This document shows positions 11,300 through 21,537 of a stretch of 64,000 bases of DNA, in pieces. The position numbers and the translations under genes are program-made. The first letter of the stretch is position 1; the number at the start of each line of letters is the position of its first letter. This DNA comes from a virus: the IMG/VR virus record IMGVR_UViG_3300021197_001902, positions 26,733 to 90,732 of that record, one strand, 5' to 3'. Below the pieces are notes generated by a model. That model was not told the DNA's origin, did not search any database, and saw only the letters and a program-made list of their open reading frames with translations.

Positions 11300-14200
11300 C
11301 TATGGTTCAAACGGGACCGGGTCTTCAGATGTTTCAGTTTCGCTGGTCGTGAACGAAGTGACTCCAATTGGTGGTGGTGTTGAAAAGGGATCCCCTGAAT
11401 ATTGTGTGTTCCCGGCAGCATCTTGGACGGGTGGCATCGGCTGTGGTGGGGATCCCGCGGGTGTATACCCCAGATCCAACAGCAAATAAACATCTGTTCC
11501 TTTCTTAAGCCAGACTTTGAAGTGCCTGTTTGAACCGATCGGGTCGCCAAGCGCTTCTTCCAGCGTCTCGCTAGTACTTGGTTGCTCCTGTGTTATGTCT
11601 AAGCGACCATTAATTTGGTACCCATAGAACTCAGGGCCCTCGGGGACGTTGAGCTGCACGTTGTAGTTTTGATATCTAACTTGGGGCACCACATTTCTCA
11701 GCTCTGCATTGGGATATTGGCTGGCGAGATTAATGGCGGCAAGGCTCATAACTGTGAACTCACTATCATCAATATCATTAACTCCCAGATAGACCGAAAT
11801 GGCATTTGTTGAAGCGTTGGTGGATACATGGCCATTGAGGTATCTCAATTGACTGTTGCTGTACGGTGGATCAATTCGTGTAAAATCACTCGTGTCGTAT
11901 TCTAGAGCATCAAGCCCTTGGTCGCTTCTCTGCAGAGTTGTTAGGTTTTCATAGGTCTCTTGAACCTCCTGTGAGGCTGTTTCTCCACCTTCATAAATGT
12001 TCTCAACCCTCAGTGTCATCATTAGTCCCACTTCCGGAATGCCTAGGACTTCTGCTGTTAGTGTACTCTGGTCGAGATTTTGCAGTATCTGACTAATAGC
12101 AGCAGCCGTATCTGTCTCGACTGTGAGTCCGGGGAGTGTTCGTAGCAGCGATTCATCAAAAGACAACTGATTGGTATCAGGGAGTGCTTTGCGAAGAGCA
12201 TTGTTGATTGTCTCACGACTACGTTCAATTCTGTCTGTGATAATAAAGTCCAGAATCTCATCGAAGCCAAAAAAGGTATCTTCGGTGGTAACCGAAAATT
12301 CCGTGCCGTCTGGTATTGCGACCGTACCATCCTGATAGAGAATGCCACCCTGTGAGATAACACTCGGTCTCTTGGTCTTTATGTTAAAGTATGAAACCAA
12401 GTCCATGCGCGTCATCATCCTGCCCGCGGGGCCGTTGACGTCGAAATAGACCAACAATGATTGTAATATTTGCCCTCTAATGAAAGCAAACACAAAGTTA
12501 TCTCGGTCTAAAAGGCTATCGATGTTGTAGGCCGACATAACAAAAATGTTTTTGATGATGACCTCAGCAATGTGGATCTGAACCAAAAGCTGGTACATAC
12601 CAAACTTAATCACATTCCTGATCTTTGAACTCAGCGGGATCTGATCAGCACAGCCTTCTTTATATTCGTCCAACATCTGTTCAATAATGCCATTTATGTC
12701 TAAGAAATCACCTAGTTCGCTAGGGGGACAATTCTCGGTAGGAGTGAAAAAGTTTAGTGACTGAAGAGTTGCTGCATCAAAAATACCATTGTTTAAGACA
12801 TATTCAAATGCATTATCAACTAACTGGCCGTACGCTCTAGGAAAATCGCTGTAATATACCTCCAACGCGTCTTCTGTCGCAGGAGACGATAGCTCACTGA
12901 TCACGGCCTCTGCAAACCTGTACACAAAAGCATTTGCGGTATTGCCTAGGCTATTGATCGAGGAGTCATTATATGAGATCTCAGAAGTGGTTGCGGTTTT
13001 TTCGCCGCCGATGACTTCGTCCTCTGCATTGTTACGAAAAAATCTCTGTAGATTAAAGTCAGCTAACAACTGGGGGTCATTGTAGGATTCTGGCTTGGCC
13101 GGATATGTCAGCAACAGCGAATTTGGCATGCCCAGCGTTTCAGAAGGTTCTATGCCGAAGGGTGAATCTTCTATCGTATTAGTAATGGGGTTAACCGACA
13201 ATGTGGAGAAGCCGACCTGTGTAGGGCTTTGTAGAGTCGATGGGCCGAGAGAAAGGTGTGCAGGGTGGATATGGCTTGGAGTGTAGAGTCCAGTAACCAA
13301 GTCGTGGACGCCGTCGCCTTCGGAGGGATCAGGGGGTGGAGGGTCCAGTGTTATATCTAGGCGACCATTAATCTGGTATCCATAGAACTCGGGGCCAGTA
13401 GGAACGTTATACTGCATATCATAGTTTTGGTACCTAACGCGTGGCACCACGTTTCTTAACTCAACGTTAGGATATTGGTTCATGACGAAGAGGTTGGCTT
13501 CTTCCAAGACATAATATTCATCTTTATCATCAAGATCATTAAACGATAGGTAGATCGATATGGCGTTTGTCGAAGTGTTGGTAGATACATGACTATTAAT
13601 ATATCTTAGTTGGCTATTGCTATATGGAGGGTCAATTCGTATAAAATCAGTTATGTCGTATTCAAAAGCGTCGATGCCTTGATCAAATCTCTGCAGGGTT
13701 GTAGATGCTATATTCAGCAGAGAAATTAATTCGTCATCCTGATGTATAACATAGGGCAGCGACTCTTCCGCGGAGACGGCAGGGTCGGTGTAATAGTGAT
13801 AGTGTTGTCCCGTTGAATTGAAAAAAGGTGCAAGTGGAAGATCCGGATCTTCTGCAAACTTAAACAGTAGCTGTAAATCCTTGTACTCATCTGCTTGGCC
13901 AGCTGAAACAAGGTACGAGCTGTAAAACCTTTGTGTGATTGTCTGGAGTGTTTGCGGGTCATATGTAAATTCCGGAGTTATGTAGTCTCTGAGCGCACTA
14001 ACGAAATTTTGGTTAAATACATACGAGGTAAAAACTGGGTTTCCGGTAGAGTCGGGATTACTTAAGCCTTGGATATTGTTTATAACATTCTGAATTGCGG
14101 CTTGAAAATTAGGATCTGCAGATGCAGTTGTAATTGCTCCTGCCATTGTGGAGACAGCGCCAACGGCCGCGGCCTGGTCCGTGCCCAGAACGCGGGCTAT

Positions 14201-16642
14201 ATCGACATCACACTCTTCCAGTCTAGTCTCCAGTCCATCAAAACCATCCTTAACTTCCTGCAAAACCTCTACAATTTTGTTTAAAAAGCCCGGAGCTACG
14301 ACAGAGCCACTTCCGCGGTCGATGTCCCTAAGTTCATCAGCGTACTGGATACCGTCGAGTAGTCCGGACTCGTTCCTCAGTACTGGCTGCAACATAATTT
14401 CTTTTACAGAATCGCCCGATGCGATGAACTGAAGCTGTACTGTTTCTGCCAGTGCATTAAACGTCTCTGGGACCGACTTGCCGATCGTTGGGTCCAGAAA
14501 CTCAGAATCCGGGCATTCATTATATAAGCGAGGAAGATCGACCACCAACCCATCTTCTATCAGCGCAAGAAGTTGGCTAATATTCTCATCATCAAAAAGG
14601 CCCGGATCCAAGCAAACATTGTCCTGATTTAGGGCGTAGAGATCATTGGCAATCTGATTACAGAGGTCTGTTACGTCAACGGTTGCGGACAAATCCTCAA
14701 AGAACCCCATAATATCCGTGACAGTATCTAGTCGGTCACCAACTGCCGTGTCTGAGTATTGCGCATTAAAATCCAGTATCTTATCCAGTAAGTCTGGGGA
14801 TATATCGTTTCTATTCATAAACAAGATGCAAATATCAATTGAACTCAGTATGGTTGAAAGTGCGCTCAAGTAGTCCAGTGTCTGTTGGGTTGAAAGGCCG
14901 TTCTTCGCTGACAACTGATCAAGCTGTGATATCGCTCCAACCTGTGGTAATCCATTCAGTTGCGGGTTGAGATTATCATTAATAAAACTTGTTATATCAT
15001 TCTGACCGTAGTCAGTAGATCGTGGTGATGTTGTCGGGCAGTTCTCCCTCAACAAGTCAGCCAACTGCTTAATAATTTCTAAAACAATCTGTTGAACTGT
15101 GTCAATCAGAGCTTTTTCGATCTGTTTCCACAAGTCTCCAGAGATTGTAAACGGCTTAAAGTTTTTAAAATCGATTGGCGGCAGACTAATAGGCGATCGC
15201 TTGGGTAAGTCAGGAGGAATATAAATTGAAGCTGCAGCATTGGTCAAAGCGTTTGTCGTAGCGCGGCCAACTCGCACGGCTGCAGCTGAGGCTCCAAAAG
15301 TTAAACACAAGAATGCTTCTTTTGCGATCTCATCAATCCCAAATTGCCGCATAATGTAAGCAACCTTTGGATTTTTTTTCTGAATTAGTCCCAATGGGCC
15401 AGCTTCAATAACGTTTGCAATGGTATTCGAGACATCTGCTGCAGTTGTCAATGCCTTGACGGCTTGTGCGGCGGCGACTTTTCGGAAAACCTCTGGATTA
15501 TCAGCGATCTCCTGTTTGAGCTTTCTGTACTCTTCGGACGTAAAGTAGTCTTTAAAGCCTTTTTCCAAGTCATCGACATTGTTAAAGTCTATAAGACCCT
15601 GGTCTGCGGCCACTCTCAACAACTCGTTGGTCATGTCCTTCTTGGGTTGGAGCTGGAAGTTCTCTATTAGGTCCCCTTCGAGCCCCAGTGAATCTCTAAC
15701 TGAGTCATCATTCAAAAAATCAAAGAAAGAATATGGATTTTGTGTATCAATATTGAGCTGAAATGACGTCAGTAGGTTTTGGTAGTTCCTTAAAATTGCT
15801 AGAGTTAGCGGGTCTTTTAGTAACCTGTTGTTCTTGATGATCGAGAAATAGCCCACACGCAGAGGTTGGCTTTCAATCTCGTCTTCAACCAGCAAGTAGT
15901 CTATTCTTGATACGGCTAGCTTTCCTCGCTTTTTACCAAACACTATTGTAATTGTATCAGCTTCAGAGAAATTATAGCTAGGGGACTGAATCTTTGTCTG
16001 CTCCGACAAAATAGCCACAAGTACATTGAGAATGGTAGTCGCCTGCACTTGCAGAGGTCCAAAAGCAACATTAATATTTATTTGTCCCTCAAATCCACCA
16101 TACTGCGTATCAAACATTTTAAGGCCATTATTCAACAGATTGTTCTGCTGGCCAAGTGTACCAACCACAAGAGTAGTTTCTGAAATTTCTCCTTCAATAC
16201 CTTGCTGTTCGTTGAAGAAGGCCAAGTTTGCGTCGAAGTCAGGCATCGTTTCGTCTGCCAGCAACTCTTCCCTCTTCGCATCAAAATCATAAAGAGACCT
16301 TAGTATAACGATTGTCCTATTGGAGGGAGGTGATGTTTGGTAGAACGTCTCAAGTGAAACCGAGCGCGCTATAGCCTCTTTTATCTCATTTGCCAGATCT
16401 AGGTCGCCACCCGCAGAGTCCTGAAAATATTCCTCATCATACAGGTAGGAATAAAACTCTGGTAGATATGACGTTATGAATTCAGCTGTGGCTATTCTTT
16501 TCGTGTCGGGGTTATCGAGGATTTCGCTAAAGTCGTTAGCTCTGTCGAGCTTTAATTTGATTTTGCTAGACTGACTAGAGCGTTCATAGAACGGAACATT
16601 GAAAGTCTTACTCAGATATTTTTTTGTTATGATGGCAGCCAT
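11300..16642 (-). CDS. Large hypothetical structural protein (1780 aa) with an internal ~118-aa duplication
   Basis: Long acidic ORF with two copies of TTLQR.DQG.DA.EYD...GYQINGRLDIT. Confidence 0.65.
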   Translation of the reverse strand: MAAIITKKYLSKTFNVPFYERSSQSSKIKLKLDRANDFSEILDNPDTKRIATAEFITSYLPEFYSYLYDEEYFQDSAGGDLDLANEIKEAIARSVSLETFYQTSPPSNRTIVILRSLYDFDAKREELLADETMPDFDANLAFFNEQQGIEGEISETTLVVGTLGQQNNLLNNGLKMFDTQYGGFEGQININVAFGPLQVQATTILNVLVAILSEQTKIQSPSYNFSEADTITIVFGKKRGKLAVSRIDYLLVEDEIESQPLRVGYFSIIKNNRLLKDPLTLAILRNYQNLLTSFQLNIDTQNPYSFFDFLNDDSVRDSLGLEGDLIENFQLQPKKDMTNELLRVAADQGLIDFNNVDDLEKGFKDYFTSEEYRKLKQEIADNPEVFRKVAAAQAVKALTTAADVSNTIANVIEAGPLGLIQKKNPKVAYIMRQFGIDEIAKEAFLCLTFGASAAAVRVGRATTNALTNAAASIYIPPDLPKRSPISLPPIDFKNFKPFTISGDLWKQIEKALIDTVQQIVLEIIKQLADLLRENCPTTSPRSTDYGQNDITSFINDNLNPQLNGLPQVGAISQLDQLSAKNGLSTQQTLDYLSALSTILSSIDICILFMNRNDISPDLLDKILDFNAQYSDTAVGDRLDTVTDIMGFFEDLSATVDVTDLCNQIANDLYALNQDNVCLDPGLFDDENISQLLALIEDGLVVDLPRLYNECPDSEFLDPTIGKSVPETFNALAETVQLQFIASGDSVKEIMLQPVLRNESGLLDGIQYADELRDIDRGSGSVVAPGFLNKIVEVLQEVKDGFDGLETRLEECDVDIARVLGTDQAAAVGAVSTMAGAITTASADPNFQAAIQNVINNIQGLSNPDSTGNPVFTSYVFNQNFVSALRDYITPEFTYDPQTLQTITQRFYSSYLVSAGQADEYKDLQLLFKFAEDPDLPLAPFFNSTGQHYHYYTDPAVSAEESLPYVIHQDDELISLLNIASTTLQRFDQGIDAFEYDITDFIRIDPPYSNSQLRYINSHVSTNTSTNAISIYLSFNDLDDKDEYYVLEEANLFVMNQYPNVELRNVVPRVRYQNYDMQYNVPTGPEFYGYQINGRLDITLDPPPPDPSEGDGVHDLVTGLYTPSHIHPAHLSLGPSTLQSPTQVGFSTLSVNPITNTIEDSPFGIEPSETLGMPNSLLLTYPAKPESYNDPQLLADFNLQRFFRNNAEDEVIGGEKTATTSEISYNDSSINSLGNTANAFVYRFAEAVISELSSPATEDALEVYYSDFPRAYGQLVDNAFEYVLNNGIFDAATLQSLNFFTPTENCPPSELGDFLDINGIIEQMLDEYKEGCADQIPLSSKIRNVIKFGMYQLLVQIHIAEVIIKNIFVMSAYNIDSLLDRDNFVFAFIRGQILQSLLVYFDVNGPAGRMMTRMDLVSYFNIKTKRPSVISQGGILYQDGTVAIPDGTEFSVTTEDTFFGFDEILDFIITDRIERSRETINNALRKALPDTNQLSFDESLLRTLPGLTVETDTAAAISQILQNLDQSTLTAEVLGIPEVGLMMTLRVENIYEGGETASQEVQETYENLTTLQRSDQGLDALEYDTSDFTRIDPPYSNSQLRYLNGHVSTNASTNAISVYLGVNDIDDSEFTVMSLAAINLASQYPNAELRNVVPQVRYQNYNVQLNVPEGPEFYGYQINGRLDITQEQPSTSETLEEALGDPIGSNRHFKVWLKKGTDVYLLLDLGYTPAGSPPQPMPPVQDAAGNTQYSGDPFSTPPPIGVTSFTTSETETSEDPVPFEP
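11591..13702 (-). repeat. Dispersed intragenic duplication (~350 nt; copies ~11591-11942 and ~13350-13702)
   Basis: Near-identical peptides RIDPPYSNSQLRY, ELRNVVP.VRYQNY and GPEFYGYQINGRLDIT occur in both copies. Confidence 0.9.
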
Positions 16643-16649
16643 GTCTTAA

Positions 16650-17636
16650 TTAATTCGTATTGTTATATTTGCTTAATATAAATAAGCCTTTATCGTCTGT
16701 AGTTGTCTCCGCTCCACCGGGGACTTCGAGATATGTTCTCTTGATTCCACTAACTTTCTGCATGTGCAGCATCAATTGTGCCTCAACATTTGTGAGGTTA
16801 TTGACAATAGTCTCTACTCCCGCGGGGAGCAGAATTTCAAAGTCTGGTGCTGTGAGTTGCCCGTAGAACGGAGATCTGTGAGTGTGAGTCATTAATGCTC
16901 TTGTGAATTGTCGATTATACTCCAAAAAGTTCTTAAATAACTCTCTGAGGTCATGGACTGCATCACACGTTTCTATCAAGCACTGTTGTAGATTTGTTCC
17001 CTTTACCAATGGCTGCATATCACCATCATCATTCATGGCGATAAGATCAATACCGTAACCGATTGTTGTTGCGTTTGTGAGGTCGCCGCCTTGTGAGTTT
17101 TTCTTATCTGTTCGAGTCACAAGCTTAATATTCTCACGCGCGATGAGGCGAAGCGTGTCGGCCTTAAGAGCCACGGTACTACGGGGAGAATCAGGAGTGG
17201 TGTTCCCTACCGTCCCAGCAGACAACCCGAAGTATGAATCAGGATCTGACTTCTGCGACACATAGATCCGTGCTGCGTCCAGTTTAAAGTTAGGATCAAC
17301 ATTAAGGCGCTTGCCTCTCTTGTCGCGGCTTTTTGCTCTGTAACCTAGTCTACCTGCCACAATATCGATGGCAGCACAGTGAGTATCTTTTGAGCCTCCA
17401 AATCCGGACAAGATATTGTTCGGACGGTCTAGACCAAGAACAATTCCGGCATTGCCCTTTTGGATGGGATATTCCTCCTCTAACGCGATGTAACGAGGAG
17501 AATCGAAGTCATCCCTGGTGCCTTCGCCAAAGCCAAGGAATTCAGCCTTCTCCTGCTCTGACATGCCATCATAGGCTTGTCGGTCTGTAGGGGAAAGAAG
17601 ACTCAGATCAATTGCTAATTTTTTACGTGATGCCAT
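16650..17636 (-). CDS. Putative baseplate central spike/hub protein (gp5/gpV C-terminal-like)
   Basis: Beta-rich middle region and C-terminal THTH (HxH) motif typical of phage spike tips; structural context. Confidence 0.5.
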   Translation of the reverse strand: MASRKKLAIDLSLLSPTDRQAYDGMSEQEKAEFLGFGEGTRDDFDSPRYIALEEEYPIQKGNAGIVLGLDRPNNILSGFGGSKDTHCAAIDIVAGRLGYRAKSRDKRGKRLNVDPNFKLDAARIYVSQKSDPDSYFGLSAGTVGNTTPDSPRSTVALKADTLRLIARENIKLVTRTDKKNSQGGDLTNATTIGYGIDLIAMNDDGDMQPLVKGTNLQQCLIETCDAVHDLRELFKNFLEYNRQFTRALMTHTHRSPFYGQLTAPDFEILLPAGVETIVNNLTNVEAQLMLHMQKVSGIKRTYLEVPGGAETTTDDKGLFILSKYNNTN

Positions 17637-18798
17637 CTAGTTGATATCCTTCAATTCTACCCTCTTTAAGTAGTTTTTTTGCTTCCTTCTGAGCTTCTTT
17701 ACCTTGCGTGCCTTCCTTATAGGAAAAATCAAAATGTGGACCATTTGCTGACGCGCTGAGGTTTGAGTACTCATCGACGAGGCGGAACGGCCCATTAGAG
17801 GCACTAAATCCCTGTAAGATCTTTAGTATGGCTGCTTTCGCCGCTTTGCGATCAACTACACCGCCAAAGACAAAATCTAGGGCTAGACCGAAAGTGTGTC
17901 GGCTGCTGTACATGCCCGCCGACTTAATGACTTGGTGGTATTTATCATTACCGCCGGTCACGACGATCTCAACATTTGGTACTAGTTCCTTAATCTTTTT
18001 AAACACTTGTATACCCACACTGGCCATTACTTCAGTGATATCACCACCATTCGACAACTCATTGCCCTTCTCTTTGTAACCCAAGCGTGTCAGCTCTGCA
18101 CGGAGTTTGTCGGCGTTAGGCGTATCTCCTGTAAAGTCGGCCCGGCGCGCCGAGTATAGTTCGATCTCTTTGGTGGAAAGCTTTCTCGACGGGATGGCGT
18201 CCCGAAGTGGGATCGCTTTTTTACTATTAAATCTTTTTCTTAAACCTTGCGATTTTTCGTATCCTGCCAATTGAACCGGTGGGCCCACTACCGCAGAGAT
18301 TCTCGGGCCATAAAGACTTCCCACATCCTCGTAAATCACTCTAACTAGAGTACCAATAGGAAGTCCATTCTCGACATTGTTAACGTCCGAATGAACATCG
18401 GCATACGTGGCTAATATTGGATCGTCAGTGCCTCTCGGAATTGGCCGCGGTTCAATTTCGGGGATGTATACCTTGTAAACAAATGTGGGATAATCATCAG
18501 TTTCATCTGGGTCGCCGACTGCGGCTTCTTCTTTATTTTGTGCTTCCTTGAGAACAAACTCTCGAAACAGTGCTGATTTGTTTCTTACACTTGGGTAAGT
18601 TATCAACTTTTTAGATACTATAATCCCTTCGAAGGAGTCTTTATTTCTTAGAGCGTTTCTGCTGTAGGCTTCCTCAGTGGATAGACGCAAGAACTCCAAC
18701 GGGTCAGTTCTCCTCCGGTCGGTGGAGGGTCCACCAGCATCAGATATATTATTTAATGTACCAAATGGTATCTGATCAAGCTTAAGTTTACCGGCCAT
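17623..18798 (-). CDS. Baseplate-associated protein with C-terminal peptidase M15-like (Zn D,D/L,D-peptidase) domain
   Basis: SRHTFGLALDF (SxHxxGxAxD) and downstream HFD; probable start MAGKLKL at 18798. Confidence 0.55.
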   Translation of the reverse strand: MAGKLKLDQIPFGTLNNISDAGGPSTDRRRTDPLEFLRLSTEEAYSRNALRNKDSFEGIIVSKKLITYPSVRNKSALFREFVLKEAQNKEEAAVGDPDETDDYPTFVYKVYIPEIEPRPIPRGTDDPILATYADVHSDVNNVENGLPIGTLVRVIYEDVGSLYGPRISAVVGPPVQLAGYEKSQGLRKRFNSKKAIPLRDAIPSRKLSTKEIELYSARRADFTGDTPNADKLRAELTRLGYKEKGNELSNGGDITEVMASVGIQVFKKIKELVPNVEIVVTGGNDKYHQVIKSAGMYSSRHTFGLALDFVFGGVVDRKAAKAAILKILQGFSASNGPFRLVDEYSNLSASANGPHFDFSYKEGTQGKEAQKEAKKLLKEGRIEGYQLDGIT

Positions 18799-19099
18799 CT
18801 TCGTTGTTCTCATTCAAAAGATCAAACAGCTGCTCTTTATCATCCGCTGATAGGCCGGTGTTTCCAGTTTTTTGCCTCTGAAGGATGGCCGCGAGCTTTA
18901 CCATCTGTTCGTTTGAACGCTGAAGGTTTTCCACAAATTTTGCTGCTAGAGGGCCCATCTCTCGACGGTCCGTTGTGGACTGGGCCATGTCTGCCATCAC
19001 ATCCATTAAGAGGGTTTTGGCCATGGCCCGATCTTCTTTAATGTTTTGCGTGGTTTCTTCGATGTAGGTTTCTAAACTTAGATCTCGCTGTTTTCCCAT
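18788..19099 (-). CDS. Hypothetical helical protein
   Basis: 103-aa ORF overlapping its neighbours in an operon. Confidence 0.6.
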   Translation of the reverse strand: MGKQRDLSLETYIEETTQNIKEDRAMAKTLLMDVMADMAQSTTDRREMGPLAAKFVENLQRSNEQMVKLAAILQRQKTGNTGLSADDKEQLFDLLNENNEDGR

Positions 19100-19764
19100 T
19101 TTACTTTAAACGTCCTGTATCTCTTTCGGAGTTTATTCAAGTTGTTAACCACTTGCTTGGTGTTTAACCCCGTGATCTCCCGAAGGTATAAGTAAATAGC
19201 TTTTTTATTGAAAATTTCTATTTGATCAGCGGAGTCCAATAGGATACGAACTGCCATCAATACTTTTTTCTCGTTTTCTTTAATCATAAAAGAGTCCCAA
19301 GTCTTGATCTCGGTATTAAGAGAAGTCCAAAATTCTATCTCTGCTCTTTTATCAAAGTAGGTTGGCTCATGTGATATAAGATCCTCGTCTAATTCATTCA
19401 GAACGTCCTCCATAAAAACTTCTGTCTGAAGACGCTTTTTGGTTCTCTTAACCTTATGAATAAACCAGTTCTTAGTCACCACCGAGAAGTACGAGAATGC
19501 TTTAGATCCCTTGTTAGGGTCGTACTTATTTAAAATCGTTGTGAGCCACACCTTACAGTCGGCCCTCAAATAATCTATATTGGGTAGCGTCGTAAAACGA
19601 TAGGTGTAGATAATCTTATCTACCATGTGATCAAATGCAGGTTGAATGTACTCTTCGTACAGCTTAGATCGCAACTCCCTGTCAGTTGACAGGGCATACT
19701 TAACTATTGCGTCCTCATGGACCTGCGTAAAATAATGATTTTTCTTACTCTTCTTCCTCGGCAT
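19078..19764 (-). CDS. Phage sigma-like late transcription factor (T4 gp55-like)
   Basis: NHYFT..HEDAIVKY N-terminus and YDPNKGSKAFSYFSVVTKNWFI resemble sigma region 2 of gp55-like factors. Confidence 0.6.
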   Translation of the reverse strand: MPRKKSKKNHYFTQVHEDAIVKYALSTDRELRSKLYEEYIQPAFDHMVDKIIYTYRFTTLPNIDYLRADCKVWLTTILNKYDPNKGSKAFSYFSVVTKNWFIHKVKRTKKRLQTEVFMEDVLNELDEDLISHEPTYFDKRAEIEFWTSLNTEIKTWDSFMIKENEKKVLMAVRILLDSADQIEIFNKKAIYLYLREITGLNTKQVVNNLNKLRKRYRTFKVKWENSEI

Positions 19765-20071
19765 TTAAAGCTTCCTCTAATTCTTCCTCTAGCTCTTCGT
19801 CTATTGTGTACTCGAATACATCCCTAAAGTTCTGCATCTCATCATTGACCTGCCTAATACGGCTAAGGAGTTCCTGTATTATAGGCTCTCCATGGTATGA
19901 GTCCATGCCATACATGTCTTTAACAAACACCTGAAATGCTTTTGTCATCAAATACAAATCAGATATAGTGTTTGACAGGTATAGAAACTTTTGCAGTAAC
20001 CGAGTAACATACCAAGCTAGCAGTATATTCACTACGATTGAAATAGCAATAAAACTATAAATTGTCAACAT
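19745..20071 (-). CDS. Hypothetical membrane-anchored protein
   Basis: Hydrophobic N-terminal segment, acidic tail. Confidence 0.55.
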   Translation of the reverse strand: MLTIYSFIAISIVVNILLAWYVTRLLQKFLYLSNTISDLYLMTKAFQVFVKDMYGMDSYHGEPIIQELLSRIRQVNDEMQNFRDVFEYTIDEELEEELEEALNAEEEE

Positions 20072-20320
20072 TTATCTATCTTTATCCAGTTTTTTTCTTT
20101 GCTGTTGAAGTTCTTGTCTTGAATCTTCTATAAATCGCTCGGTTATGTGACCAACTTTTTTCTTTTGTGTTCCCGATTTGTTGGTTCTAAATTGCGTTAG
20201 CATTTTTACTAACGTGTTCTTTTTATCACACTCAGAGCAATCTGTTTCAACTTCGTTAGAAGCGTGACTTATAACGGAAACCTTATCACAGATTGTGCAA
20301 CGATATGGGTATCGTGGCAT
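20072..20320 (-). CDS. FmdB-like zinc-ribbon protein
   Basis: MPRYPYRCTIC...CSEC. Confidence 0.7.
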   Translation of the reverse strand: MPRYPYRCTICDKVSVISHASNEVETDCSECDKKNTLVKMLTQFRTNKSGTQKKKVGHITERFIEDSRQELQQQRKKLDKDR

Positions 20321-20478
20321 TACTTCCTGTTTTTTTCGAGCTGCCTTAAGCGCTTGTCGATGTCAAGAAGGTGTTTCTCAAGGTCTCTAGCTTGCTGTCC
20401 TACTGCTTCACGGATCTGTGAGTCAATAAGTTCTGTTGTTTCAAGTTTGGTAATAAAATCTGATTTTTTCTTTAGCAT
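20320..20478 (-). CDS. Small coiled-coil protein (52 aa, not in ORF track)
   Basis: MLKKKSDFITKLETTELIDSQIREAVGQQARDLEKHLLDIDKRLRQLEKNRK fills the gap exactly, with TAATG coupling. Confidence 0.6.
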   Translation of the reverse strand: MLKKKSDFITKLETTELIDSQIREAVGQQARDLEKHLLDIDKRLRQLEKNRK

Positions 20479-20479
20479 G

Positions 20480-20698
20480 TTATTCGTCTCCTTCTAAAGG
20501 TAGTGTTGCTTCTTCAACGGCGATGTCGTCCAAATTAATCGAGGGGGGATTGGTTACCACCAACTCGGAATGCGAGTTATCGTCTGGATTAACTTGAAAA
20601 TCCATCTGCTGAAGGGTTGGAACAATGTCACTCTGTTCCATGAGGGATCGCTGGAGGGCCATCATCAATGCGCCCACTGCTTGGTTTGATAGTTTCAT
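20480..20698 (-). CDS. Hypothetical protein
   Basis: 72-aa ORF with GGAG RBS, in operon. Confidence 0.6.
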   Translation of the reverse strand: MKLSNQAVGALMMALQRSLMEQSDIVPTLQQMDFQVNPDDNSHSELVVTNPPSINLDDIAVEEATLPLEGDE

Positions 20699-20699
20699 C

Positions 20700-21536
20700 T
20701 TATGTCTCCTTATTAATAAAGCAATCTTTAATCGCTTCTCTTGAATCTATTGTAGCAGACCAACCGATATTTTTTAATTTGGTCGTATCTGCTTTTGTTG
20801 TTTTTACGTCACCCATACGCTCAGGTACGTAAGAGAACTTAACCTGATTGTTCTCTTCTACAATTTGTTTTATATCATTCAAAGAAATAACGTCGCCCGA
20901 ACCAACGTCGAACCACTCACCGTTAAAATCTTCATCATAGTTCATACAAAAGACGTTGGCCCTAACAATGTCGTCTACATGGACAAAGTCTCTACTCTGT
21001 GTTCCGTCTCCGTCTAGTCGTAGCGGCAGACTTTTGTCAATCATCTCCATCCATGCACACACAACTGTCGAGTAGGACCCACCATATTCTTGGTCTTCGG
21101 AGAAAACGTTAAAGTAACGTAAGCAAACTGTGTCCAGTCCATATAATTGTGAATAAAGCTTGCACTCTTGCTCAGAGATTAGCTTGTGAAGGCCATATGG
21201 AGAGTTTGGACCCTCTCCGTCGCCAAGAACCGCGGAAGATGAGCTGAAGATTACTCTTCTTACTCCATGGTTTTTGGCCCACTCTAGTAGGACCGATGTA
21301 ACATAAGCATTATGCCTGAATGTATAACTTGGCTTCTCCACTGAGTAATTCACTCTTGGCAGCGCAGCCATGTGAAAAACATAATCATAATCGTCATCAG
21401 GCAGACAACTAACTATGTCTTCTCCTTCTTTAAGATCAATCCCTCGGATATATGTTTCCGACGAGCAGTTTTCCTTAAGGCTAGAAAACAGGTGTGAACC
21501 AATGTATCCTTTATGGCCCGTGATTAAGATCTTCAT
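20700..21536 (-). CDS. NAD-dependent sugar epimerase/dehydratase (extended SDR)
   Basis: MKILITGHKGYIG (GxxGxxG), YGLHK (YxxxK), LRYFNVF, RDFVHVDD. Confidence 0.9.
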   Translation of the reverse strand: MKILITGHKGYIGSHLFSSLKENCSSETYIRGIDLKEGEDIVSCLPDDDYDYVFHMAALPRVNYSVEKPSYTFRHNAYVTSVLLEWAKNHGVRRVIFSSSSAVLGDGEGPNSPYGLHKLISEQECKLYSQLYGLDTVCLRYFNVFSEDQEYGGSYSTVVCAWMEMIDKSLPLRLDGDGTQSRDFVHVDDIVRANVFCMNYDEDFNGEWFDVGSGDVISLNDIKQIVEENNQVKFSYVPERMGDVKTTKADTTKLKNIGWSATIDSREAIKDCFINKET

Positions 21537-21537
21537 T

